Source: Chiloscyllium plagiosum
Lineage: Eukaryota
Direction: 5' to 3'
Assembly: GCF_004010195.1 (NCBI RefSeq)
Contig: NC_057752.1
Span: forward strand, 8,625,616-8,689,615
Length of the DNA stretch: 64,000 nt
Shown here: positions 26,053 to 38,179 of the stretch, one piece after another
How positions within the stretch are numbered: the first letter of the stretch is position 1
Layout: each line of letters starts with the position of its first letter
Notes under the pieces: model-generated
Told to the model about the DNA's origin: nothing
Database searches by the model: none
Seen by the model: the letters and a program-made list of their open reading frames with translations, nothing else
Position numbers and translations under genes: made by a program

Positions 26053-26779
26053 TGTGGGAGGGTCAGTGCTGAGGGAGTGGGTGCTGTGGGAGGGTCAGCG
26101 CTGAGGGAGCGGGCGCTATGGGACCCCAACACTGACAGAGGAGCCGGCACAAGGTAACCTGTTTTGGGGTCTTTGCCCAAGATGGCTCCCATTCTGTTTG
26201 CCTGGCAGCTCTGTGCAATCTTTGAAATCAGGAGTGAGGTAGCTTCAGAGCCTCAGAGGAGGAGGACAGACCAGAGAATTGGGAACATTTTCATTTTGCC
26301 CAGTTGGCGCAATTTGGCCTTCATTCTAATAGGCACGGAGTATAAAAGTCGAGAGGTTTTGCTCGAACTACACAAGACCTGAGTCAGAGCGTAGCTGGAA
26401 CACTGTGAAGTTTCGGGGCCCTGTATCCAAGCAGAGATAGACCGGTTTCGGAGACAGTGCAGGGAAGGGTCCCTCGGCTGATCCTGGGAATGGAGGGACC
26501 CTCTCACGAAGAGAGGGTGAGTAAGTTGGGGTCCGTACCCCTTGAAGTTTAGAGGAACGAGAGGCCACCTTATTAAAACTGACGAGGGGGACACGACAGA
26601 GGGGAGATGAGGTGAGGTTGTTCCCCCCACCTCATATGGGAGTCTCTGGAGGGGCATCATCCCAGAGTTACAGGGTCACACACTGAAGACAGAGATGGGG
26701 AGGGATTCCTTCACTCTCCGAGGGGAGGGAATCGGTGCGATTCTTTACCTCAGATCGCAGCCAGGCTGGGTCACTCGAG

Positions 26780-27395
26780 GCTGAGGGGCTTAATCAGGAA
26801 GGGGGAATCGAGGGGTTATATTCCAGGCCGAGGGGTTTAATCAGGAAGGGGAATCGAGGGGTTATATTCCAGGCCGAGGGGTTTAATCAGGAAGGGGAAT
26901 CGAGGGGTTATATTCCAGGCCGAGGGGTTTAATCAGGAAGGGGGAATCGAGGGGTTATATTCCAGGCCGAAGGGTTTAATCGGGAAGGGAAATCGAGGGG
27001 TTATATTCCAGGCTGAGGAGTTTAATCAGGAAGGGGAATCGAGCGGTTATATTCCAGGCTGAGGGGTTTAATCGGGAAGGGGGAATCGAGGGGTTATATT
27101 CCAGGCTGAGGGGTTTAATCAGGAAGGGGAATCGAGCGGTTATATTCCAGGCCGAGGGGTTTAATCAGGAAGGGGAATCGAGGGGTTATATTCCAGGCCG
27201 ATGGGTTTAATCGGGAAGGGGAATCGAAGGTTTCATTCCAGGCCGAGGGGTTTAATCAGGAAGGGGGAATCGAGGGGTTATATTCCGGCTGAGGGGTTTA
27301 ATCTGGAAGGGGAATCGAGGGGTTATATTCCAGGCCGAGGGGTTTAATCAGGAAAGGGAATCAAGGGGTTATATTCCAGGCTGAGGGGTTTAATC
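26780..27395 (+). repeat. G-rich minisatellite, unit about 46-47 bp, about 13 visible copies, running into a gap
   Basis: Unit GAGGGGTTTAATCAGGAAGGGG(G)AATCGAGGGGTTATATTCCAGGC(C/T) repeated head-to-tail. Confidence 0.97.
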
Positions 27396-27540
27396 NNNNN
27401 NNNNNNNNNNNNNNNNNNNNNNNNNNNNNNNNNNNNNNNNNNNNNNNNNNNNNNNNNNNNNNNNNNNNNNNNNNNNNNNNNNNNNNNNNNNNNNNNNNNN
27501 NNNNNNNNNNNNNNNNNNNNNNNNNNNNNNNNNNNNNNNN
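27396..27540. other. Assembly gap (145 N)
   Basis: Run of N. Confidence 1.
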
Positions 27541-28229
27541 GTGCAGGTTCATAGCTCCTTGAAAGTGGAGTCGCAGGTAGATAGGATAGTGAAGGCGGCG
27601 TTTGGTATGCTTTCTTTTATTGGTCAGAGTATTGAGTACAGAAGTTGGGACATCATGTTGCAGCTGTACAGGGCATTGGTTAGGCCACTGTTGGAACATT
27701 GCATGCAATTCTGGTCTCCTTCCTATCGGAAAGATGTTGTGAAACTTGAAAGGGTTCAGGAAAGATTTACAAGGATGTTGCCAGGGTTGGAGGATTTGAG
27801 CTATAGAGAGAGGCTGTACAGACTGGGGCAGTTTTCCCTGGAGCGTCGGAGGTTGAGTGGTGACCTTATAGAGGTTTACAAAATCATGAGGGGCATGGAT
27901 AGGATAAATAGACAAAGTCTTTTCCCTGGAGTCCAGAACTAGAGGGCATAGGTTTAGGGTGAGAGGGGAAAGATATGAGAGAGACCTAAGGGGCAACTTT
28001 TTCACACAGAGGGTGGTACGTGTATGGAATGAGCTGCCAGAGGATGAGGTGGAGGCTGGTGCAATTGCAACATTTAAAAGGCTTTTGGATGGGTGTATGA
28101 ATAGGAAGGGTTTGGAGAGATATGGGCCGGGTGCTGGCAGGTGGGACTAGATTGGGTTGGGATATCTAGTCGGCATGGATGGGTTGGACCGAAGGGTCTG
28201 TTTCCATGCTGTACATCTCTATGACTCTA
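27541..28229 (+). mobile_element. Young CR1 LINE 3' end
   Basis: LYRALVRPLLEHCMQFWSPSYRKDVVKLERVQERFTRMLPGL; 3' end GGACCGAAGGGTCTGTTTCC...CTCTATGACTCTA. Confidence 0.93.
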
Positions 28230-29668
28230 AGGCATTCTAGGCAGCATTTGGATAGACAGAGTTACAGGGAAACTGTAGAAGAATGGCACTAATTCATGAT
28301 GCTAATTCAGTGTGTCAGTGCAGATCAGTTGAGTAGCCTTGCTCTGTACCATAATAATTCTGTGATTTTATTTTTCTTCTCCAGGGTCCTTGAAATATAA
28401 CATTATATTCCAGTTCTAAACCATCCATTATTAAAGCTTCCTGTTTGAATACCTCTCAACTACTGTTTTTCACCTCCTTCAGCCTTAATTAAAATCTCAA
28501 ATTTCTTCCCACGTGACTATATATCTATGCAACTGTGACAATGATGCATACTCTCTCCTTGACCTCTCAAAAGCCTGATTAACTTCATCACCCTCCTCAA
28601 AACATTTCTGTTTCATTGCCAATCATGGGACTGACTCAGTTAGTTCAAGTCCCACCTACGCAAAAACAGTTAGACTCTTGTCATCAGCTTTGAAACACTA
28701 GTTCTATATCCTGCTCTCATTTCTTGTCTATATATTGCCCGAGTCAATATCTGAGGCATTTAAAATTGAGACAGTTACCCCAGAAGTATGAAGAATGGGA
28801 ATGGAATTAAGATTATAATGACTTGTTATGGCTAAAAAAAAAAAATAGTGAAGCAGGCAAAATACACCAAATAAGCTACTGCTATTGTTGAATTTCTGAT
28901 AGGGTCTTTAGCCGGGAGACAAAATCATCTGCATCTTTGGCTTAGTGGGAATTAATGCATTGCAATTTTCCAACTACTCACTTATTCTATCCTCAAAGGA
29001 ATTCCAGCAGATTTCCCACCAATACTGAACTCATTGATTTGTCCCTTCCTGCTGTTTAAATGGTGTAATGTTTACTCATTTCAATCCTCCAGCATCACCT
29101 GCAAATCTACCAACTTTAACCATGAAGCACAATTATTTAAACTCACAAGACATCAAAGCTAATCTGAAGCGATGGTGCATTCCCAAGAACACATCAGATT
29201 GTAACTAAGTGTGGCTTTCAATTGCCAGCTAAACCCTGAAAACTCTTCATAAATGAGTCATACTTCTTAACAATTACACATAACCACATTTTAAAGTAAA
29301 TGTCAGGAAACAGCATTATTTTGTTTTAAAAATATGTATAACCACGTAATAGACATGCTGATTTCACCAAGAGTGCAAATTCTACATTTTCGTAAATCAT
29401 GAAATTGCTGAGAAACAAGAATATTATAACACGTTATTCTTCAGTTAGCTTGACAATTGGCAGCTATCAAGTCTATAGTTAAATTATAAGTGGTGGCAAT
29501 TAAAACCTGGAACTTGGGATCGATCACAAACTACTCTTTGAGTGTGATCTTATAACCAGGCATCTTTGAGATTTACATTCCTATAAGGTGACTGTCTTTG
29601 GAACCATATTGTACCTTCCTGCAGCCAATGAAAAGGACATGATGCAGAACTGGCTTAAAAAGTAAATA

Positions 29669-29831
29669 GGAGAAAGTGAGGACAGCAGATGCTGGAGATC
29701 AGAGCTGAAAAATGTGTTGCTGGAAAAGCGCAGCAGGTCAGGCAGCATCCAGGGAACAGGATGCCCGAGCAGGCTTATGCCCGAATGGATGCTGCCTGAC
29801 CTGCTGCGCTTTTCCAGCAACACATTTTTCA
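29669..29831 (-). mobile_element. Penelope-derived hairpin mini-insertion with 16-bp TSD
   Basis: TSD GCTTAAAAAGTAAATA at 29653-29668 and 29832-29847. 48-bp inverted arms at 29704-29751 and 29786-29833. Homologous to 44938-45148. Confidence 0.88.
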
Positions 29832-30274
29832 GCTTAAAAAGTAAATATAATTACTAAGATGACAAAGTGTGCCTTTTTTCCCCCTCCAATTTTGTTTTCT
29901 TGACTAACTTTCTTCTCTTTCTCAATGGGATCTGGCTTCCTAGAGTCCCTCCAATACATATTCCTCAGTCATTGCGCTCCACGTACAAGCTGAACCATGG
30001 ATCACAATCCACAACCAAGCCTGAACTGGTCCTTGCCTCATATCCAACTGCAGCTCCCCTACAACTACTGTTGTTCAGTTCGGCTAATGCAGCAGAAATT
30101 AAGGCGCATATTTCACAACTTCAGGATGTCTCAAATTGCCTTACAGCTGATGAAATACTTTTGAAACAAAGTCACTGGTCTGAATATTTGTCATGTTAAT
30201 TTTGAGATGCCATTCCTTATGTTAAGAAGGGTGGGGCAGTGTTCCTGTCCACCTCCCTATTAAAACCAATTAAG

Positions 30275-30410
30275 GTCATTGAGAAGGCCTTCAAATTCCT
30301 GAAAATATAATTCCAGTGCCTGGACCAGTGGGTGGACACCCTCCAGTATCTTCCTGCAAGGACCTTGGCCATTGTAAGAGCTTGTTGCATTTTCTATAAA
30401 CATGACTCCA
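30275..30410 (+). mobile_element. PIF/Harbinger transposase (HARBI1-like) C-terminal relic
   Basis: Hand translation VIEKAFKFLKI*FQCLDQWVDTLQYLPARTLAIVRACCIFYK resembles the vIErafG.LK.RFrCL...lqy.p......ACC.lhN motif; an acidic, GA-rich stretch follows. Confidence 0.65.
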
Positions 30411-31969
30411 GAGATGGTGGTACTTCAAGGACAGAAGAGGACATGTCATTTGGGAAGAATAGGTGCTGGAGGTGAGAGAGGAGGAGGGGAAAGTGGAGAT
30501 GAAGAGAGAGGAGGTTGAACAAAGAGGTGTTCTAAATGCACAAAGATGGCTGGGCATGATCTGTGGCACAAAGGACTCATGAGGACACCATGAATATCAG
30601 GGATTTCCTGATTCAGGAAAATTGAGCCCCTCTGGCCCAAGTTGAGAGTCTTAAAATGGAAGGGAGTTAGAGACACCAAAGCTAATGCATGCATTGAAGA
30701 TGCAGCCCGATTCTTCTAAATCACATAATCAATTAAAGAAGACTCTTTCACCGACTGATACCACTCTTTCTGTCACATTGGGAATAAAGACAGTCCCAGA
30801 AGACTGGCATTAACTGTCATTTATACAGTTCAAAGAACAGAAAACAGTAGACACAGTAAGAACACACCCAAATGAACAAATTTGTACTGTATGTGATGCA
30901 GTGACCTCCACATTCAGTCACTCTACACTGTGTTAACTTTCTGGCCTCAGAAGGTGAGACAGCCTGTTCACCCAGTGTGTGGCTAAGATACACAGAGTGG
31001 TCATCTTAATTTTATAAGTGGCAATGAGGGAATCTTGAGACTTTTGTACATGCACCATTGTAGCATCAACTTCTATCAGGCTCCCAATCTGCACCTGCAC
31101 CTACATCCTGCACACAGCTGAATGATTCTGCATATGGTCCTCCAAGACCTTGGCCATTTTATGGAGGAGTTCATGGACTCAAATCTCTGAATCATTGTGG
31201 AGCTGAATGAACTCCTCCATGGCTCCATAATGTCTTGAGGAACTCTGATACTGGGGGCGAGGAGGCTCATCTCCTACTTCTGCTCAAGGTAGATTCTTCC
31301 TTCCAGTGATCTTTGAGCTAGTCCCAGTTGAGCAGGGCCTTGTTCGTCCTCCCGCCTCCAAGATGAACTGAGAACACCTCTTTCTATTTACTTGTGAGGT
31401 GATTATCAATCTGTGCCGTCCCATCTTCATGAGATGAAATTTTTTGAGCTGGACGACGATGCACTTGTAAGGTGTGACAGTGCTTCTTCATCTCCTCTTT
31501 GCTGTTCTGTCTCCATTGAAAAACAGAAGGAGAAAAGTGCCAAAGGTTGGACATCTGTCCCAGTGGGAGACATAGCAGATGATGAAAGTTAGCCTCGAAG
31601 AGCAGAAACTGCTGCAGTGCTGAAAATGCCCAGTATTCCTCAAGCTGTGACATACTATTGCGTGGAGTACATTGTCCCTGCTTCAATAACCACTTTGCCT
31701 CTTGTAATAACTAGGCCCTCACGAGGAGCACCCATTTCTTCAGTGCCTGACTGCATCCTCTTCGTCTCCCGAACCCCAGTGCTGTTTGTTCCTTTTGAGG
31801 AGATGTTGCAGATGAACTCCATCCCTCCTCCCATCTCCCAGACATAGTGTCCACATTACTCCTGCAAGGACAAAAGAGCTGGAGATAAAGTAAAGTATTG
31901 TTTTCCTTTGTCCAATAGGAACTGTATATTCCAAGCTCTTGGAGAACTACTGTCCTCCCCTCATCTGGT

Positions 31970-33215
31970 TAATCAGTGCTCCTCCACATTGAACAACACT
32001 TGAAGGAAGTACGGGAGTGGGGGGGGGGGAAGAAGGTGGCAAGAGAATCAACGAGAGGGAAAAACATTTTTGACCTCATACACATGAATCTGCCTACTGC
32101 AGATGCAATTGTCCATGACAGTATCGATAAGACTGACTACTGCACAGTTCTTGTGGAGATGAAGACCTGCCTTCATACCAATAAAACCTTAAATGCCTTA
32201 AATGACTCCAGCGAGCAGAGGGTTTTCCCCCTGAGTCCCACTTTTACTAAGGCTTCTTGGACAAAAGAGCTGAATTTAAGGGGTGTGGTGAGATTGACTA
32301 CCCTTGACATCAAGGCCATGTCTCACTGAGTGTGGAATCATGGAGCCTTAGCAAAACTGGAGTCATTGGAACTCGGTGGGTCGGGGGGGGGGGGGGGAAA
32401 CCCTCTGCTGATTGGAGTCATACCTGGTACAAAAGAAGATGGTTGTGGTTGTTGAAGATCAGTCATTTCAACATCAGGCTATCTCTGCAGGAGTTCTTCA
32501 GGGTAGTGTCCCAACAATCTTCAGCTGCTTTATCATGACCTTCTCTCTACCATTAGATGAAAAGTGGGAATGTACGCCGATGATTACACAATATTCAGCA
32601 CCATTCGCAATTTCTCAAAATTTACAGAATCCCTACATTGCGAGAGAGGCCGTTCAGCCTATAAGTCTACACTGACCCTCTGAAGAGCATCCCATTCAGA
32701 GCCATTCTCCCACTCTATCCCTGCATTTACCATGGCTAATCCACCTATCTGCACATCCCTGGACACTATGGGGCAATTTAGCATGGCCAATCCACCTAAC
32801 CTGCACATCTTTGGACTGTGGAAAGAAACCAGAGCACCTTGAGGAAACCCAGGCAGATGTGAGGAGAATGTGCAAACTCCACACAGACAGTTGCTCGGGT
32901 CCCTGGTGCTGTAAAGCAGCAGTGCTGACCACAGTGCCGCCCTAAATGATTACAACAAGATTGAACCCTGTAACCTTTTGAAAGTACCCCAACAAACACG
33001 GAAGTCACACACCTTACTCATTAGGCCATGCAACCACATTAAAGCAGTCCATGTCCAAATGCAGCTGAACTGGACAATACCCAAGCTTGGGCTCATACGT
33101 GGCAAGTAGCATTCACGCCACACAAGCACCAGGCAATAACCATGTCAAAGAGACAAATCTAACCACTGTCCCTGACATTCAGTGGTGTTACCATCACTGA
33201 AGCTCTCACTTTACC
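31970..33215 (+). mobile_element. CR1-group LINE fragments (same family as 21330-23010), split by a SINE
   Basis: TRGKNIFDLI..NLP, VRLTTLDIKA, ISAGVLQGSV.PTIFSCFI. Confidence 0.75.
32643..32942 (-). mobile_element. HE1-type SINE
   Basis: Reverse complement shows GGGCGGCAC.GTGGTCAGCACTGCTGC, the V-domain and the tail region, as in 15531-15855. Confidence 0.85.
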
Positions 33216-33224
33216 ATGGACTAG

Positions 33225-34320
33225 CTATATAAATGGGAAGCCTTCAGAAATGAGATAATGAGAGTCCAGAGAAAGTATATTCCTGTTAGGTGAAAGGAAA
33301 GGCTGGTAGGTGCAGGGAATGCTGGATGACAAGAGAAATTGAGGGTTTGGTTAAGAAAAAAGAAGCATATGTCAGGTATAGACAGGATAGATTGAGTGAA
33401 TCCTGAGAAGAGTATAAAGGCAGTAGGAGTATACTTAAGAGAGAAATCAGGAGGGAATAAAGGGGACATGAGATAGCTTTGGCAAATAGAATTAAGGAGA
33501 ATCCAAAAGGCTTTTACAAATATATTAAGGACAAAAGGGTAACTAGGGAGAGAATATGGCCCCTCAAAGGCAGCCATTGTGTGGAGCCGCAGGAGATGGG
33601 GGAGATATTAAATGCGTATTTTGCATTAGTGTTTACTATGGAGAAGGACATGGAAGATAGAGAATGTAGGGAAATAGATGGTGACATCTTGAAAAATGTC
33701 CATATTACATAGGAGAGATTTGGCCAAATGCAGGCAAATGGATTAGATTAGGTTGGGATATCTGGTCGGCTTGGATGAGTTGGTCCGAAGGGTCTGTTTC
33801 TGTGCTGTCTTGATATAAGTAAGCGGCTACAAAGAGCAGGTCAGAGGCTGAGAATACTGCAGTGAGTAACTCCCCTCCTGATTCCCCAAAGCCTGTCCAC
33901 CATCTACAAGGCACAAGACAGGAATGTGATGGAATACTCTCCACTTGCCAAGATGGGGACAGCAATGTGTACCATATACAAGATGCACTGCAGAAATTCA
34001 ACAAGGCTCCTTTAGACAGTACTTTCAAAACCCACAACCACTACCATTTCAAAGAACAAGGGCAGCAAATACATGGGAACATGACTACCTTCAAGTTCCC
34101 TTCCAAGCCACTCACCATCCTAACTTGGAAATATGTCGCCATTCCTTCAGAGTCGCTGGGTCAAAATCCTGGAATTTCCTCCCTCGCAGTATTGTGGGTC
34201 TACTACAGCACATGGACTGTAGCGGCTCAAGAGATAGTTCACCACCACCTTCTCAAGGGCAACTAGGAATGAGCAATAAATGCTGGCCCAGCCAATGACA
34301 CACACATCTCATGAATGAAA
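33225..34320 (+). mobile_element. Adjacent CR1 and CR1-group LINE fragments
   Basis: LANRIKENPKGFYKYIKDKRVTRERI (33479-33712); 33820-34320 is homologous to the 3' region of 21330-21960. Confidence 0.8.
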
Positions 34321-34636
34321 GTTTTTTTAAAAAAAATCTTGGTATTGACAGGTCTTCAGCAGTGAAATGGCTGCAAACCATTCTGAGGGTTCAGTAAGTT
34401 CCCTGAACACATTCATAGACTCATAGAATCATTTAATCTCTACAGTGTGGAAAGATGCCATTTGGCTCATCAAGTTAGCACTGACCCTCTGAACAGCACC
34501 CAGCCAGAACCACCTCCATACCCTATTTCTGTAACACTGCATTTCCCATGGCTAATCCACCTATCCTGCACATCTTTGCACTGTTGGAGGAAACTATTGT
34601 GCTCAAATTTTTTGCAGTGGACTTGAACTGCAATCT

Positions 34637-34797
34637 GGATCAGTGGTGCTGGAAGAGCACAGCAATTCAGGCAGCATCCGAGGACAGGCAAAATCGACGT
34701 TTCGGGCAAAAGCCCTTCATCAGGAATTGCTGTGCTCTTCCAACACCACTGATCCAGAATCTGGTTTCCAGCATCTGCAGTCATTGTTTTTACCTCG
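34637..34797 (+). mobile_element. Penelope-derived hairpin mini-insertion with 14-bp TSD
   Basis: TSD TTGAACTGCAATCT at 34623-34636 and 34798-34811. 35-bp inverted arms at 34634-34668 and 34724-34758, with a 39-bp unpaired tail. Homologous to the Penelope end at 52879-52960. Confidence 0.88.
34692..34727 (-). ncRNA. Minimal type I hammerhead ribozyme core
   Basis: Minus strand reads ATTC-CTGATGA-A-GGGC-TTTT-GCCC-GAAA-CG-TC-GATT; predicted cleavage after the C at 34696. Confidence 0.7.
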
Positions 34798-35351
34798 TTG
34801 AACTGCAATCTACTGACTCATGAAAAACAGATAACAGGTTTAAATCCAATTTTTGAGCTTTAACTTTTGTCTTACTTTTGTACAATGTCTTCTTGCTGTT
34901 TTTTAAATTCAAATTACCAGTGGCCATTACAAACCTCATTACATTTAGTTTTGCTCTTTTAATACAAAACAGCTGCTGAGTAACAAAAGCATGTGATGCC
35001 CAATGTCAATAGAGCATGTGATGGCTGCATTCACAACTTAAGTAAACTTTCACAATAGAAACAAAAGCAGCACCTCTCAAACTGATGTTTGTTCATACTG
35101 ATCAAGATCACAAAGGGTTATTATGACTTTTCCAGGTATTCATTTCAAATTTAATATTATGTGAAGTATTATAACATGGAGACAGTCAAATCAAATCAGC
35201 CTCCCTGTCCTTGTAGTTGCAAAACAGCAAAAGTAAATTACTCAGTGACCCTAAAAATTGACCCCAATGGTTCCTAACCAGAGATTTTTTGAATAACCAG
35301 TACCAGGCTTTGTGACCAAGTTTATAGTGTAAACAAAAAAGTTTATAGTGT

Positions 35352-36535
35352 AAACATTCTAATACATCCAATACCTCCTCTACTGTGATATGGACTGTCC
35401 CCAAGCTATCACGACTAACTTCCCCAAGTTCCCAAGTCTTCATATCTTTCTCCATGGTAAACATAGGAGAAATATTCATTGAGAATCTCGCCTATCTTCT
35501 GTGGTTCCACGCATACATGTCCACTTTGGTTCTTGAGAGGTCCTAATCTCTCTCTAGTTATTCTTTTTCCTTTACTTTACTTAAAGAACCTCTCTGGATT
35601 CACCCTAATCTTCTCACCAAGGCTATCCCATGTCCCTTTTTCGCCCTCCTGATTTTCTTCTTCAGTTAACTCCTGTATTTCTCCAGGGATTCCCCTGATT
35701 CCAGCTGCCTGTTCCTGTGCCGTACCTCACTCTTTCTTATGGTGAAAGCCTCAATATCTCTTGTCATCCAGGGTTCCCTATTCCTGTCAACCTGGCCCTT
35801 CACTCTCACAGGAACATATAGACCTTGAACTCTAGCTATCTCACTTTTAAAGGCCTCCCAGTTGCCAGAGGTCCCTTTGCCTGCAAACAAATTACTCCAA
35901 CCAACCCCAGCAAGCTCCTGTCTAATTCCATCAAAACTCACCCTGAGCCAATTTAGAACTCGAGCCTGTGGACCAATTTTGATCCTCTCCATAATTATTT
36001 TAAAATTAATATGGTCACTGGTCCCCTACTGTCACCTCCGTCACCTGTCCTGCCCTATTTCCAAAGAGTAGGTAAAGTTTTGCCCCTTCTTGAGTATGAC
36101 CCTCTATATACTGCTTGAGGAAACTTTCCTGAACATACTTAACAAATTCCACTCCATCTAAGCCTTTAATGCTCCATGTTAGGAAAATTAAAATCCCCTA
36201 CTATGACAACACTATTGCCTCTGCAAGTCTCCCCAATCCCCCTGCATATTTGTTCCTCTAATTCTTGTTGACTATTTGAGGGCCTATAATACAGCCTCAA
36301 TAACATCACCATTCCCTTCTTATTTCTTAGCTCCACCCACAAATCCTCACTGGATGATCATTCAGTTATTTCATCTCTGATTACTGCTGTGATCCCCGCC
36401 TTAATCAAATGCAACGCCCCCTCCCCTCTTTACACCACCTCTATTCCACCTAAAGCATCTGTACCCTGGCACATTAAGCTGCCAGTCCTGTCCCTCCCCT
36501 AGCCATGTTTCTGTAATGGCTATAATATCCCAGGC
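35352..36535 (-). mobile_element. CR1 LINE endonuclease-linker fragment
   Basis: VLNWLRVSFDGIRQELA..W, WEAFKSEI, REPWMTRDIE; minus-strand VGDFNFPN near 36180-36200. Confidence 0.85.
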
Positions 36536-38150
36536 TTGACCCTCTCCACCTCAGCTCCGTTGGTATAGATAGGGGTGCGTTCTCTTCCTTTCTTCCTGAA
36601 GTCAATGATCAGTTATTTCATTTTATCAATGTTAAGAGAAAGATTGTTATCATTGTACCATGACACCAAACCCTCTATATCCTTCATGGGCAGCACAATG
36701 GCACAGTAGTTACCACTGCTGCCTCACAGCACCAGGGTCCCAGGTTCAATCCCAGCCTCGGGTGACTGTCTGTGTGGAGTTTGCACATTCTCCCTGTGTC
36801 TGCGTGGGTTTCCTCCGGGTGCTCCGGTTTCCTCCCACAGTCCAAAGATGTGCAGGTCAGGTGAATTGGCTATGCTAAATTGCCCATAGTGTTAGGTACA
36901 TTAGTCAGAGGGAAATGGGTCTAGGTGGGTTACTCTTCGGAGGGTCGGTGTGGACTGGTTGGGCCGAAGGGCCTGTTTACACACTGTAGGGAATCTAATC
37001 TAATCTATTCTGACTCATCATTGTTTGATATCCAGCCTAATGCGATAGTGTCATCAGCAAACATGTTAAATGGCATTCATACAAAATTTGGCTGCACAGT
37101 CGTGGGCGTACAGGGAGTACAGTAGGGGGTTGAGAATGCATCCTTGGGAGCTCCAGTATTGAGTGTTATTGTGCAGGAGATGCTGTTGTCTATCCTCACT
37201 GATTGCTGTCTGTGGGTCAGGAAGCTGAGGATCCAGTTGCAGAGGACCTAGGTCTCAGAGTTTTGGGATCAGTCTCGAAGGGATCATGGTGTTGAAAGCA
37301 GAGCTGTAGTTGATAAGCAGGGAATCTGATGTAGGTGGCCTTCTTGTCCAGATGGTCCAGAGATGAGCATTGGGCGAGGGAAAAGGCGTCTGCTGTGGAC
37401 CTGTTTAGTTGGTAGGCAAATTGCAGGGTATCAAGGCAAGCTGGAAGACTGGAGTTGATGTGGGCCATGACTAGCCTCTCAAAGCACTTCATTATCATGG
37501 AGGTCAGAGCCACTGGGTGAAAGTTGTTGAGGCACGTTGCATATGTTTTCTTTGGTATTAGGATGATGATGGTCTTCTTGAAGCAGGTGGGGACTTCAGA
37601 TTGTAGCAAGGAGAGGTTAAAGATGTCAGTGAATATTTTCTCCAGCTTGTGCACACAGGATCTGAGTGCATGGCTGCAAACTCAGTCTGGGCCTGTCACT
37701 TTCCTTGGGTTTACTCTCAAGCAGACCTGATAGAGATTTATGAGATTGCGAATCGCATGGATAGAGTGGAAAGTATGAGGCTTTTTCCCAGGTTGGAGAA
37801 GTCAATTGGGGACACAGGTTCAAGGTATGTTGGGGGGTGAATATGGTAAGTGAAGACAATTTTAGTATGGAAGAGCAAAATATGTTGGCGCAGGCTTGAA
37901 GGGCCAAATGGCTGTTCCTGTACTGTATTGTTCTTTGTTCTAAGTCTGAGCTGATGTCTGCAACAGTGACAGAAGAACAGGTGCAGCTGGGGCTGTTGGG
38001 GCAGGTGACATCCACGCCACTGGCATTCTGCTCGATCCGAGCATAATAGCCCCAAGCAAGTGAGTGGGCAGCATAGAGGCCATAGAGTTCGTGGTGGCGG
38101 GGGGCGTTTGGACTGGGTCACAGTGAATTAGGGTATTGCATCCATCAGCA
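36536..38150 (-). mobile_element. Rex1/Babar-type LINE RT relic, interrupted by a SINE and a CR1 3' end
   Basis: FTDIFNLSLLQSEVPTCFKKTIIILIPKK, PVALTSMIMKCFERLV, LDTLQFAY..NRSTADA; minus-strand FADDT near 37050. Confidence 0.85.
36687..37007 (+). mobile_element. HE1-type SINE inserted in a Rex1/Babar LINE
   Basis: TGGCACAGTAGTT A box, GGTTCAATCCC B box, V-domain, (AATCT)n tail. Confidence 0.9.
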
Positions 38151-38179
38151 AGAATCAGAACATGAACCTTGGAGAGAGG

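Noticed and set aside
26780..27395. Regular repeat array as a CRISPR
   Set aside because: Units are head-to-tail with no unique spacers, there are no cas genes, and the context is eukaryotic.
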